The position numbers and the translations under genes were made by a program. The notes under the pieces were generated by a model, which saw only the letters and a program-made list of their open reading frames with translations, had not been told where the DNA came from and did not search any database. A DNA stretch of 63,022 bases, counting the filler, from Globobulimina sp. (lineage: Eukaryota): the NCBI GenBank assembly GCA_003354225.1. It is 48 parts of 48 records of this genome, joined end to end, with 100 filler letters (N's around TTAATTAATTAA, not from the genome) between each part and the next. Parts side by side here need not be neighbours in the genome. Positions count along the whole stretch, not along the records: positions 24,999 to 26,213 come from PIVH01020810.1; positions 26,314 to 27,528 come from PIVH01020811.1; positions 27,629 to 28,843 come from PIVH01020812.1; positions 28,944 to 30,158 come from PIVH01020813.1; positions 30,259 to 31,473 come from PIVH01020814.1; positions 31,574 to 32,788 come from PIVH01020815.1; positions 32,889 to 34,103 come from PIVH01020816.1; positions 34,204 to 35,418 come from PIVH01020817.1; 40 more parts are not named here. The stretch is one strand, 5' to 3'. Positions 25,307-36,833 of the stretch are shown here, one piece after another. Position 1 is the stretch's first letter, and every line of letters begins with the position of its first letter.

Positions 25307-25944
25307 ATTTTGAAACATTGTTAAAATTGTTCATTAAAGCAAACTAATACTGTTTCAATTTTATTCCCATGAGTGATAACCAACTCTTTTGTTTACTGTT
25401 ATAACTATTCGAATGTCACTTATACGTCAAAAACAAATAGCATTTTTTCTATTGCAAAATCGGAATTACGTATAAATATTTTCTCTTATTCATTCCCATC
25501 AATTGCAAGATTTAAGTTTATATTGTGGCAATCGAACAATCACTCACAACTATTGAGCTAATTTTAATTGTGGCGATCGGACTTCAACCACTGCAGTCAC
25601 AACTATTGAGCTAATTTTCATTATGGTGATCGGACTTCAACTTTTGGAGTTGATTGCTCACTAGTTGTGTCTGCAGTGTTTTGGAGTTGATTGCTCACCA
25701 CAATGAAAATTAACTCGATAGTTGTGACTGCGCAGTGCAGTGGGTTGCGATTGATGGGAAATTAGGAATAAATTGATCCGATTTTGCAACAGAAAAAATG
25801 CTATTTGTATTTAACGTTAGTGACATTCGAATAGTTATAACAATAAACAAAAGAGTTGGTTATCACTCATGGGAACAAAATTGAAACAATCTTAGTTTGC
25901 TTTTAATAATGGCCATTCAATCATTTTTAACAATGTTTCAAAAT
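25307..25944. mobile_element. Foldback-like element: about 300-bp imperfect inverted arms with central tandem subrepeats
   Basis: 25307-~25640 is the diverged reverse complement of ~25641-25944 (attttgaaacattgttaaaa; ttcccatgagtgataaccaactcttttgttta). Confidence 0.85.
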
Positions 25945-26313
25945 CATTGATACCATTTTTTACTTGAAACTCGATTATCGACACATTTTCTTCTTTGTAG
26001 AATTGTAAAATTGATTGTATTTCGTGATAATGTGAGTTGATTCTCTGTTGTAACACATTTATGTTATCATCACTCCTTTTCTCTAATATTGATCCGCATA
26101 AATCGCAAATATTCTCATTGAGTGGTTTTAAGGCAATTAAATTGCAGTGATCAGTTTGAATATGAAAGTCATTGTAAATTGCATTACATTTTATATTTGA
26201 ACATGTTAATCTTNNNNNNNNNNNNNNNNNNNNNNNNNNNNNNNNNNNNNNNNNNNNTTAATTAATTAANNNNNNNNNNNNNNNNNNNNNNNNNNNNNNN
26301 NNNNNNNNNNNNN

Positions 26314-27247
26314 ATGATATCAAAGATTCAGCAATCATTTAGTTTATCAAACAATGCGGCGAATGCCCCAAATTACTCCAAAATAATCCATCAAAGACTT
26401 GAAAATTTCGATCGTATCCAAGTACAATCAACAAAATATACAATTTATGATATCGCAAAATAGAAAAATAGTTCAAAATGAACTGACACTAAATTGATAT
26501 ATTATTTGTTGATTATACTGCAAGGAAAATATTTGTGAGATTAAATATAAAAATGTTGGCCAAGTACTAAGTGATATTGATTCTGTTTGGAAGAGTATGT
26601 ACGCATTGACATCAGCTCAAACACAACAAAACAAACAACATGACCCAACGAGTGATTTTATAACATTTGCAGCCAACTTAGAGTCTGAATTTTACACTTT
26701 ATGGGTACGTCTAACATAATATTTTCACTGTTAACGTTGCCACAAACAATAAATTAATTTACAGGATCAATTTGAACAATTATTGATAGAGCAGGGTTAT
26801 TTGAAAAACGATGTTCCTTTGTCATCGACAAATTTGTTTACGAAATTAAATAAAAACGCGTCGGTGGTAAATGATAATGGGAATACAGATGAATTGGATG
26901 GCAAAGTAATGAATAGTTTAACGGAGGATGCAAACATTAACAATGAAGAAGAAAATATGGAGGATCAGGGTTTGAAGGAATGGTTAAAAAATACTGTCGA
27001 ATTACCGCAATATTATTCTATGTTTGTATCGAATGGTTTCGATGATATGTCATTTGTGATAGGTGTTATAAGAATGGATGATTTGAAGGAAATGGGCATA
27101 AATAAGATTGGTCATAGGAGGAAAATATTGGCCTACGCAGATAGTCCGGATAATAAAAAACGAAAATTGGATGCATATGATAGTGGTGAAGGTGAAATGT
27201 ATAATGACATTACAGAACCAGCAAACAAAAAACAACGTTTAGATTAG
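26314..27247 (+). CDS. Divergent bromodomain-like region plus SAM domain protein (2 introns)
   Basis: Introns 26422-26524 and 26705-26764; APNYSKII...KYKNVGQVLSDIDSVWKS...AANLESEFYTLW; SAM WLKNTVELPQYYSMFVSNGFD...DLKEMGINKIGHRRKIL. Confidence 0.75.
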
Positions 27248-27628
27248 ATAAGAACTTGCATTGTCTTGAGTTTTAAGTTCTTATTTGTCGTTATTTATCC
27301 GGTGACGCAGTCACCGTTATCCATTCCGAAGAACAAAATAAAAATATTCAAACTCATCTGAGTCATTCTCAATCTGTTTTTTGGTTTGCGTATACAAATA
27401 AAACGTTTTTCGTAGGTTTGCCTAGTTTGCCAAACCCAAACCATATAAACACAAACCAAAACCAAAAATATGCACAAAAGCAAATATGCACAAAACAAAA
27501 AATATTCACAAAACAACAAAATATGCACNNNNNNNNNNNNNNNNNNNNNNNNNNNNNNNNNNNNNNNNNNNNTTAATTAATTAANNNNNNNNNNNNNNNN
27601 NNNNNNNNNNNNNNNNNNNNNNNNNNNN

Positions 27629-28219
27629 ATACTATTTGCATCCAGATAGTTAGAGGTAAATGACAATGGCATTACTTCATAAAGCAAAACGAATTTTAAA
27701 AAAAATCAACCTAATTCCATTCATCTATGTAACCTCATTATTAGGTACGGTTCAAATCAGTGCCACAGAATATGAACATCGCATTGGCTCTTTTGGTAGT
27801 AGCATTTCAGAAGTCACGCAAAATTTGGCAGGTAAATGTGACAGATTACAAAGTAATTTAAAATTGAATGTGATAATGTGATGTTAGGTGAATATGCATT
27901 GGCGGAGCAATATTTGGAGGAGTCATTGTTGATGGACCCAGCAAATATTGAAGGATATATAGCGCTGTCGAAGATATATAAAGATAGCAATAGTTTGTGG
28001 TATCAGTATTTAGCTGAGAGAATATTGCGTATTGCATATATTTTAAATCATAAGCATCCGACTGTAAGAAGGAGATTAATTGAAATATTTGAAGAACAGG
28101 GAAGGAATGATTTGGTTGAATTGGTGCAAAAACATCAACCGTTGCCAAATATTGTTGAAATGACAAAGGATGAATTTGATAAAGAACACTCTGATGATAA
28201 GAAATCGGGGTCTGATTAA
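27629..28219 (+). CDS. TPR-like repeat protein C-terminus (1 intron)
   Basis: Intron 27832-27887 joins the two ORFs; GEYALAEQYLEESLLMDPANIEGYIALSKIY. Confidence 0.7.
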
Positions 28220-28448
28220 TTTTGATTTATGAGTTCATATCGCCGTGAGATTGGTTGCGTTTGTCTAGTTTATGATTACTGCATAGACATCTTTTTTCAA
28301 TAAGGGGCTTAATATAAATTGGGACCTAGGCCATCCTTAATTGCAATAGACTAGTTTAAAGGAGCGTAACAGGTCCCATGTCTAGGGATTCTTAACTGCA
28401 ATATCATGGTACCGCATTTAATTGATGTTCCGATCATCCATAGAAAGC

Positions 28449-28456
28449 AAAAAAAA
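28449..28456 (-). terminator. RNA polymerase III oligo-T terminator
   Basis: T8 on the minus strand starting 2 nt after the tRNA discriminator base. Confidence 0.75.
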
Positions 28457-28457
28457 T

Positions 28458-28696
28458 TGGTTCAGGCAGGATTTAAACCTGCATCTATGCGTACTTTTAG
28501 TATTTCTTGAATTGTATTTTGGAATACTTACCAGAGATTGAACAAGCAAACATGTATGTTATCGAGTTTAATAACATATTTAGTGAATAGCGCAAATCGG
28601 TGGGGGGTTTAAACTCAACATCAACCGAAATCAATATTGAGGGAGACGGCATTAGAACCGTAGACGCACGCTCTATCAATATTGAGCTACTGAACC
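28458..28696 (-). tRNA. tRNA-Arg(ACG) gene (or intact-looking pseudogene) with a 164-nt intron at position 37/38
   Basis: 5' exon 28696-28658 GGTTCAG TA GCTC AATATTGATA GAGC G TGCGT CTACGG; 3' exon 28493-28458 T ACGCA TAGAT GCAGG TTTAAAT CCTGC CTGAACC A; all four stems pair perfectly. Confidence 0.85.
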
Positions 28697-28943
28697 TAAC
28701 CATATATGTTTTGTTGTTGAATATTGCCTATCCGTATTGTACTATAAATACAATCAACATTAAAACTTTTATGGAATTATTCATTTTTATTTTTTATTCT
28801 GAATTTTTCAGCGTGGTGTGACGAAAAGAGTGACTCAAATGTTNNNNNNNNNNNNNNNNNNNNNNNNNNNNNNNNNNNNNNNNNNNNTTAATTAATTAAN
28901 NNNNNNNNNNNNNNNNNNNNNNNNNNNNNNNNNNNNNNNNNNN

Positions 28944-30039
28944 GTCTGTGGATGACACTGCTATAAAAATATTAGCCATATTGACTAAAATATTAGTGTT
29001 GAAAATACAGTTCGAAGATGATAATCTTTTGAGATCACCGCTGAGTATCATCGACAAAAAAGAAAAGAAGTACAAAGTGGTATTTCCACAGAGTATGCAA
29101 TTTCTAATCATTGATGGATTCCACTTCTTTGGCTCCGAACATGTGTTAGATTTCGCGCAATGCGGCAATATCGTTGGTGTTTCATTTAAGAACTCAACAT
29201 TTTCTCAGTGGATGTGCAATTTTAGCGAGGAGTTAGACAATGATTTGATCCGCAATACCATCGATAATCACATATTATGGCCGCAGAATGAGAATAATAT
29301 TCAATGTGTGCTATTAGATGAAGGCTCCAATGATTACGAAGGTGTTTGGTGGAGATATTTTACATCATTTCAGTCCTTAAATAACTGTCCAAACATAAAA
29401 TATTTACGCTACACCAGCACGCCGCGATTATCTACACAGCATTCTCCATTATCGCCTCCTAATAATTCGACAATACTGTCCATGGATGCTAATTCCGTAA
29501 AGAATGTATCACCGATCAGATTAACACTAAATAAATCCGAAACGATAGAGGTGCCACAAACGGAAACAAGCTTAAATAGCAGCAGTAATAAAACAGACTC
29601 AAACACGTCTGCTGTATCAAGCAATGTATACATACCGACGGCTGCTGATTTTCGGATAAATAATCCCTTTGCACAGTTATCGCCAAAATCATATAAGTTT
29701 CCATTGTTTAAATCGTCACTAATTAATATTAATTCGATTGGCGAGAATGATGATAGAAATATGCTCATTTTAAGTGATGAAAATAACGATGGCTGTTTAT
29801 GGAAATTATTGTTGAAAAACAAATATAAAAATGAGGAGGAGAGTAAAGAGCAGATTGAAATCTATGAAAGCTGGTTTGCAATGAATATATGTAAATGGGT
29901 TTATCATTTTGGCTCAAATACAACAAGTGACACTTTAGCAGCATTGGATACTGACACAGTCCGCGAATCTTTTCGTTCATCCATTCAACCCATTGATTTA
30001 GAAAATTTCTTTGACACTTATTATAGTGCGGATCTATAA
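28944..30039 (+). CDS. Hypothetical protein (5' truncated)
   Basis: 363-codon open frame, Ser-rich middle, no family recognised. Confidence 0.6.
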
Positions 30040-30446
30040 ATATGAGAGCAGTACATCTGTTTCATATATATGTATCTCTGTACATCTAAGATATGTATAT
30101 ATGCAATTCAGAAACTGCTCTCTATAAAAAAAAACGACACTGTGTCGCTACACTTTTTNNNNNNNNNNNNNNNNNNNNNNNNNNNNNNNNNNNNNNNNNN
30201 NNTTAATTAATTAANNNNNNNNNNNNNNNNNNNNNNNNNNNNNNNNNNNNNNNNNNNNATTTGTATTGAAATAATGAGCACATTTGGAAAAATAACCAAA
30301 AACAAGGAATTGAACCTAAATAATTTGACGACTTGCAGCCAGTTCTGGGCAAATCACTCTCCTGTAGTCGCCCTTGCGGTCGCTGTGATTAGTATTGCTG
30401 ACTCAGATTTGCAGCTGAAATATTTCTCAAAACTCTTTCAACGAGG

Positions 30447-31473
30447 ATGATGGTCCAAGATGTGACTATAAATATTAATCCTGACATCAATATAGATAAT
30501 GAACCAGAACCTAATTTGGTACGCGCAATGTCACCGCGATTAACTCCATCGTCGAAGAAACAAAACACTCCAATACGAGCACTATCGTCAATATTCAACA
30601 ATAAAAAAGCATTGGTATTGGCAGAAGAAGTTGATAAAGAATACAAACATAATTCAGCATTTCCTGAAAAATATCAGTATTCTGGTTACTTATCAGCGCG
30701 AACAGCTCATCCTATATCGTCACAATGGAAGCGGCAATATTTTGTATTATCACATAATTTTTTATTTGGTGCAGACACTAAATATTCAACTCAATTATCG
30801 ATATGTATACCGTTGGAAGGATCAAATAAAAAACTTAGCATACAATCATCTGATATGACATTTGAATTAAACAAATATAATTTTCGTGCAGGTTCACCTC
30901 AATTATGTTCAAAATGGGTCAAAAATATTGAAAAGGCCTCCAAGTTAAAGATCCGCGATTTATATAGATTCAGATATGAATTAGGTACGTTTCTGTATGT
31001 TGTTATTTACATTTATGCGTAGAAACATTTGTTGACTAACTTACGTTTATCAAATCATGTACAACTAACTTTGTTGACTAACTACATGTGTTACTTAATA
31101 ATATTAAGATTATCAAATCATGTCAGATATAAATAATCCGCAGCAATTTGCTCAATATTCAGCTTATTCCAATGCTTTTAACCTTTGTGTACATAAAAAG
31201 TATTTAAACTCTAGAGCATTACAGACATTTTTGCGCATATTTGCAATGAATATGTAATCACTAAACATGTTAAAACAAATGTTTTTGTGTTTTTGTTGTT
31301 TTTGGTTTGTAATATTAAGGTTGCTCCGCATCGTCAAACACAAAAGATAAAGCAACAAAACAAAAAATAACACACAAAGAATATGCGATAAAAATAATGA
31401 ATAAAAAAAAATGCACTGATAAAAAAACCTTACAGCGCGAAATCCAAATCCTTAAAAAATTAAAATCACCCTT
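30447..31473 (+). CDS. PH-domain protein kinase (CAMK-like), kinase domain truncated
   Basis: PH: YSGYL...WKRQYFVLSHNFL...FRA...KWVKNIE; intron 30985-31319 joins YRFRYELG to ...EYAIKIMNKK...LQREIQILKKL. Confidence 0.8.
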
Positions 31474-31844
31474 NNNNNNNNNNNNNNNNNNNNNNNNNNN
31501 NNNNNNNNNNNNNNNNNTTAATTAATTAANNNNNNNNNNNNNNNNNNNNNNNNNNNNNNNNNNNNNNNNNNNNTTAGTATAGGATCAAATACTTCATCTT
31601 TTTGTTTTGGTGGCACTCGTAAGCACAAATGTTCATACTCTCCCAAACTTTATTTAGTGCACCACAGTTCCAAACTTTCATATCATTTTCGATCTTGCCT
31701 TTAATATTATAATGTAAAAACAGCAAAATCATGTTTCAGATGTACAACCTTTCAAAAGCTCGACAGTTGCAAGGGGATGTTGTTTAACACATTTATCAAT
31801 AAATGCTCATTAATATTTTCAAGCTTTTTGCAATTAATACTGAA

Positions 31845-32789
31845 TTATATCTTCTCAAGCATAAAATAATTTTTATTTTCGTTTGTGGTATGACTTGTGT
31901 CACAATCTGCGTGTACAGTCAATTTATCACCTTTTTTAAACTCACGAACTGTGATAATTATACCACAGAAGTAAGCAGCACCATATCCATTCTCTATTTG
32001 ACTTCCATTCAAGTATAGATACAGTTGATGATAGCTACTTGAGCTACATGTATTACTATACGACAATGATACACTAAGTTTATATAACCCTCCAATTCCT
32101 ATAACTATCGTTTTATTACTATCTGCACGTCCTACCATTCCGCGTATGGTTGATGGCGCAGATTCGATATCCCATGTTCTGTGCAGAAATTACAAACAGT
32201 TTTAAAAAACATATAATAATTTAACAAACACACATAACATTGGATTCGTTTTGGCACTGCCACTATTTCTAAACTGTGCAATGCCAGTTTTCACAACTTT
32301 CAATAAATCAATTTCATACTGCATATCAGCAATAATATCGCGTAAAATATCAACCTCATTCCGCTCTATTTATGATGTTTTTGGTTAACGTTATGAAAAA
32401 CAACATGAATATATATGAATTTATAAATAACTTTGTTCAAATAATTTAAAATTATATTCAGCAGTAAACCATTCCTGATCCACTGCCACTGATATATACA
32501 ACGCATATCCTTTAACATAGGATTTTGATAATTGCCCAAATGATATTTTTTTATTATTTTCAGCGTCTCCAAAACCGATTTTAAATGTTAAAATTGTTAA
32601 ATCAGATTTGGTGCCATTTTTTGCTTTGTTTAATAAAACAATTATTTTATCTGTGGACTGTTTTAAGTCCATGTCAAGTAATGCAGATTTTGAGAATGTG
32701 TTACTGAATGATCTTTTTGTTTTGGTATCTTTCATCATCAGAAATATTGAATCATCCGCTGCACGAAATACGCATCGATAGTGACCAAN
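31845..32789 (-). CDS. Head domain, short coiled coil and C1q/TNF-like beta-sandwich protein (2 introns, 5' truncated)
   Basis: Spliced reading ...FEQK-RNEVDILRDIIADMQYEI...TNPI-TWD...GGLYKLSV...LYLNG...FKKGDKLTV...YFMLEKI*. Confidence 0.6.
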
Positions 32790-33122
32790 NNNNNNNNNNN
32801 NNNNNNNNNNNNNNNNNNNNNNNNNNNNNNNNTTAATTAATTAANNNNNNNNNNNNNNNNNNNNNNNNNNNNNNNNNNNNNNNNNNNNTTTCTATGGCTA
32901 TTATCTTTTGATATTGTTTCTCAAAATGTCGAACGGATTAAAAAATGTAGACCTTCGGAGTAGGGGGCAAGGAAATTGATTTCTTAAAGTTTTGAAGAAG
33001 TATAATTTAATTATACTTCACTTGAAAGGTTTTCACAGAATAAGCATCGTATTACCGATTAATTAATTGCTTAAACATCCCGGTGAGACTGATTAGATAG
33101 TGGACAATTTTAAGTTAAAAAC

Positions 33123-34103
33123 ATGGCTGAAGAGGTGAAAGAGGAAGAAGCAGAAAGCAAACAAGAGAATAATTCAACCACAGTCCCGATAGAATTGCTT
33201 CTGCCACCACTACCATTGCATGATATATTGGTTCATCGAGAAAATATGGATGAAAAAGAAATTAAAAAACAATTGAATATAGGAAAAGAATCACGGAGAC
33301 AATTGCAAAAAGGGAAAATTGATTCATTTAAATCACGACCTAGCATGATTGTAAGTGATTGGTTGTTTTTAGGAAATGCTCGCGATGCATTTCAATTGGA
33401 TTTGCTCAAAGCTTTGGGAATTACACACATTTTAAATGTTACGCGAGAAGTTTGTAATTATCATGTTTTAAATGAAAAATATGCAATAAAATATGCCCAA
33501 TTAAGTATCGATGATCATACCTATAATGCATCACTTTCTGTTTATGATTGTTTGGAAGCAACAAAGGCATTTATTGATGAATGTAATCCATTGAATAGCA
33601 TTTATAATAATAATGATATTCCAAATAAGTGTTTGGTGCATTGCGCCGCCGGAAAAAGCCGAAGTAGTACGGTGATAATTGCCTATTTAATGTCAAGTGT
33701 TGTTGATATGAATGAAAATGAATTGAAAAGAATTGAATATATTCGGCAATGTTTGGCTGATAACAAATTTGTACATACAATGAAAGATGACATGACGTTT
33801 ATGATGGGACCCACTTTTAAAATATTTGCGGAGATTGAAAAGCATTTAAATGAAATACAGAAACAGAAATTGGATGAAATCAGAACCGAATTATACAATC
33901 ATAAACATCTCAAATTAAATGAAGCGTATTATTTTGTGAAAAGTTGTCGTGAATTAATTAGTCCAAATATTGGCTTTTGTGCACATTTAAAACGATATGA
34001 GACATTATATCAAAATGGACAACAAACTATTTGCGATTTACCAGCATTTACAGACTGGGATAATGACACTATAACGATTTGGAGAGGTGCAAAGGAAAAA
34101 TAC
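33123..34103 (+). CDS. Dual-specificity protein phosphatase with an insertion after the P-loop helix (3' truncated)
   Basis: WLFLGN...LGITHILNVT...VHCAAGKSRSSTVIIAYLM...AYYFVKSCR..ISPNIGF. Confidence 0.95.
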
Positions 34104-34203
34104 NNNNNNNNNNNNNNNNNNNNNNNNNNNNNNNNNNNNNNNNNNNNTTAATTAATTAANNNNNNNNNNNNNNNNNNNNNNNNNNNNNNNNNNNNNNNNN
34201 NNN

Positions 34204-34262
34204 GTTCCATTGATCTGTTCCGTTTATGTGTTCCATTGATCTGTTCCGTTGGTCTGTTCCGT
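34204..34262 (+). repeat. Short tandem repeat (gttccattgatctgttccgtt units)
   Basis: Two full units and one partial unit at the contig start. Confidence 0.7.
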
Positions 34263-34383
34263 GAGAAACGAATAGAATATTCCATCAATACTTGAAAATC
34301 CATAACTCGCAACTCTTTTTGTTAGTAGATTGTACAGGAAAATCTTCATTTTTCTGCAAAAAACTTACTTTGCTTTATTACAG

Positions 34384-35146
34384 TCAACATAAAAAAGAGT
34401 GGGAAGCTAAATTAAATGAATGGACGTATTCAGTCAACAAACAATATGATTGTGAAGGAAAAGTGCGTCCCCGTCAAGCTTTAAGAGAGTTAGAAAATGC
34501 ATTGTCTAACACAGATGCAATTGTGTCGACCGATATTGGTAATATATGTTCTGTGGCAAATAGTTATTTACGGTTTTCCAATGAGAAGGAAGCCTCCTTC
34601 TTAGCAGCAATGACATTTGGTAATTGTCAATACGCACTCGGTGCAGCAATGGGTGCAAAAGTCGCCAATCCAAACAGAGCCTGTGTGTCATATGCAGGCG
34701 ATGGAGCATTTGGAATGTCATTCAATGAGTTATTGACCTGCGAGAGGGAGAATATTCCGATAACGGCTGTTGTATTTAATAATGGCCAATGGGGCGCAGA
34801 GAAAAAAAATCAAGTTTTATGGTTTGGTGATCGATATATTGGAGTTAATTTAGATATGAATAGTAATAAATACGTGTCATTCACAGACATTGCTAAAGCA
34901 ATGAATTTAGAAGCAATCAAATGTGTAAATAATGATGAAGTATATGATGAAATGAATAAAGGAATTGATAAGCAATTGAATAAAAATAAAACAACAATTA
35001 TTGAAATTATGTGTACCAAAGAATTAGATGATCCATTTCGGAGAGATGCGATGAAATTACCCAACAGATTATTAAATAAATATAAACAAACCAATCAAAG
35101 TTCTGAATCACAAACTGGACAACCAATTGATATTAGTCATGTGTAA
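34384..35146 (+). CDS. xsc: Sulfoacetaldehyde acetyltransferase (ThDP-dependent), C-terminal part
   Basis: PRQALRELE, STDIGN, FGNC.Y, ThDP motif GDGAFGMS...VFNN, and Xsc-typical QWGAEKKNQ and PFRRDA. Confidence 0.88.
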
Positions 35147-35903
35147 AATAAATATATACGTTCTTCTAAACCTGGAAACCGTTTTATTGTCGCTTTTCTT
35201 TTTAGTTTTTGGTTTGTTGTCATTTTACTTCTTGGAAAAAAAAAATGTGTTTATCAGCACTTATTAATAATTAAAACTTTCGTTGAAACAAAGTCGCGTT
35301 AAAAATACAATCAACATCAAAAATAAATATATATACTAACATCATCAATCCATGGAAAATATTAGATGATGCTTCGAATTACAAACGCAGAGCAAAATAT
35401 AAAGTGTATAAATATTTTNNNNNNNNNNNNNNNNNNNNNNNNNNNNNNNNNNNNNNNNNNNNTTAATTAATTAANNNNNNNNNNNNNNNNNNNNNNNNNN
35501 NNNNNNNNNNNNNNNNNNTAAATTAAATATTCGTAAAATATGAATGTGATTAACACAATTTATAGTAAAGAAAATAAAAATTGAATGTAAATAACAACTA
35601 ATTTCTTTACAAATGGTCCAGCGGTTGCCGCTGGTTTGGCATTAAACACTACGATAGTTTTTAGCAACGAACGTACGAAACATTTAAAACAAACTCCGAT
35701 AGTAAAATTATCAAAACACAATTCAGAAATTAATGCATTATAATGCAACCATTATAATAATATCGTTAAAACGGAAAGATTAATTTAAAAAAATTGTAAA
35801 AATTGCGTGAAACGCGTTCATTTTGTATTTGTTGCAATTTAACACACACAAAAAAAAAGAAACCCACAAAAATGATTAAAAGATTAAATGAGTGATATTA
35901 AAA

Positions 35904-36733
35904 TTAATGATGAGTAGTTTTTGAATACGAATATAATGAATGAATACCACCTTCTTGCTGCGCTGCAGGCGATCTTATTTCAAATCTAATCGTTTCTAAT
36001 TTATTTCGTTTATATTGTATCGACTTAATATCTCTGACCCCAATGTCTTGAAATCCATGTTTAACGCCACCAATTAAATACGGCAAATATCTTTTCAATG
36101 ATCCTTTATCCACCACACTGCCAGTCACGCCTTGCGCGATTGCAATCGTATGCGATTTCCGCTTATTATCATGCATTATATGCGAAGATTTTAAATTTGT
36201 GAAATACCGATCATCCGAGCCTTTTTTCATGGCCTCCAATGAGCCCATTCCTCGGTATTTCTTCAATTTAATCCCGTCTTGATAGAAATATTGACCTGGC
36301 GCTTCTTCTGTGCCTGCTAACATTGACCCCATCATTACAGAGGACGCCCCCAATACCAATGCCTTTATAATATGCCCGGTATTACGGATGCCACCATCTG
36401 CAATCACAGGCACATTCAACTTATTGCTGTAATTACTCACATGGTACACTGCAGAGGCTTGCGGCCGACCGCACGCGGTCACTTCTTGCGTGGTACATAT
36501 TGAACCTATACCCATACCAACACGCAATCCATCCACACCACAAGAGATCAAATTATACGCTTGCTTCACAGTCACCACATTACCTTAAAATAAAAACACA
36601 CTCATTTTAGCTTACTAAAAAAAACTTTACTAATTTCACGCACTCTGTTTTTTTATCCCCGTGTTCAAAAATAAAAATAGCAAACAAATACCTCCGACAA
36701 CATCAACTTTTGGCCATTGTTTCTTGGCATATC
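35904..36733 (-). CDS. IMPDH: Inosine-5'-monophosphate dehydrogenase, 3' part (intron 36584-36691)
   Basis: [43 protein letters not shown]. Confidence 0.97.
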
Positions 36734-36833
36734 NNNNNNNNNNNNNNNNNNNNNNNNNNNNNNNNNNNNNNNNNNNNTTAATTAATTAANNNNNNNNNNN
36801 NNNNNNNNNNNNNNNNNNNNNNNNNNNNNNNNN

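Noticed and set aside
27832-27887. Apparent overlapping ORFs or frameshifts (also 37091, 39993, 59730)
   Set aside because: Each is resolved by a canonical 50-60 nt GT-AG intron.
28320-28402. Possible structured RNA downstream of the tRNA (tgggacct/aggtccca; duplicated cttaa.tgcaata)
   Set aside because: An 8-bp stem and a short repeat are too weak, and no RNA family was recognised.
28600-28821. 73-aa and 68-aa ORFs overlapping the tRNA locus
   Set aside because: No protein features; the sequence is explained by the tRNA gene and its intron.
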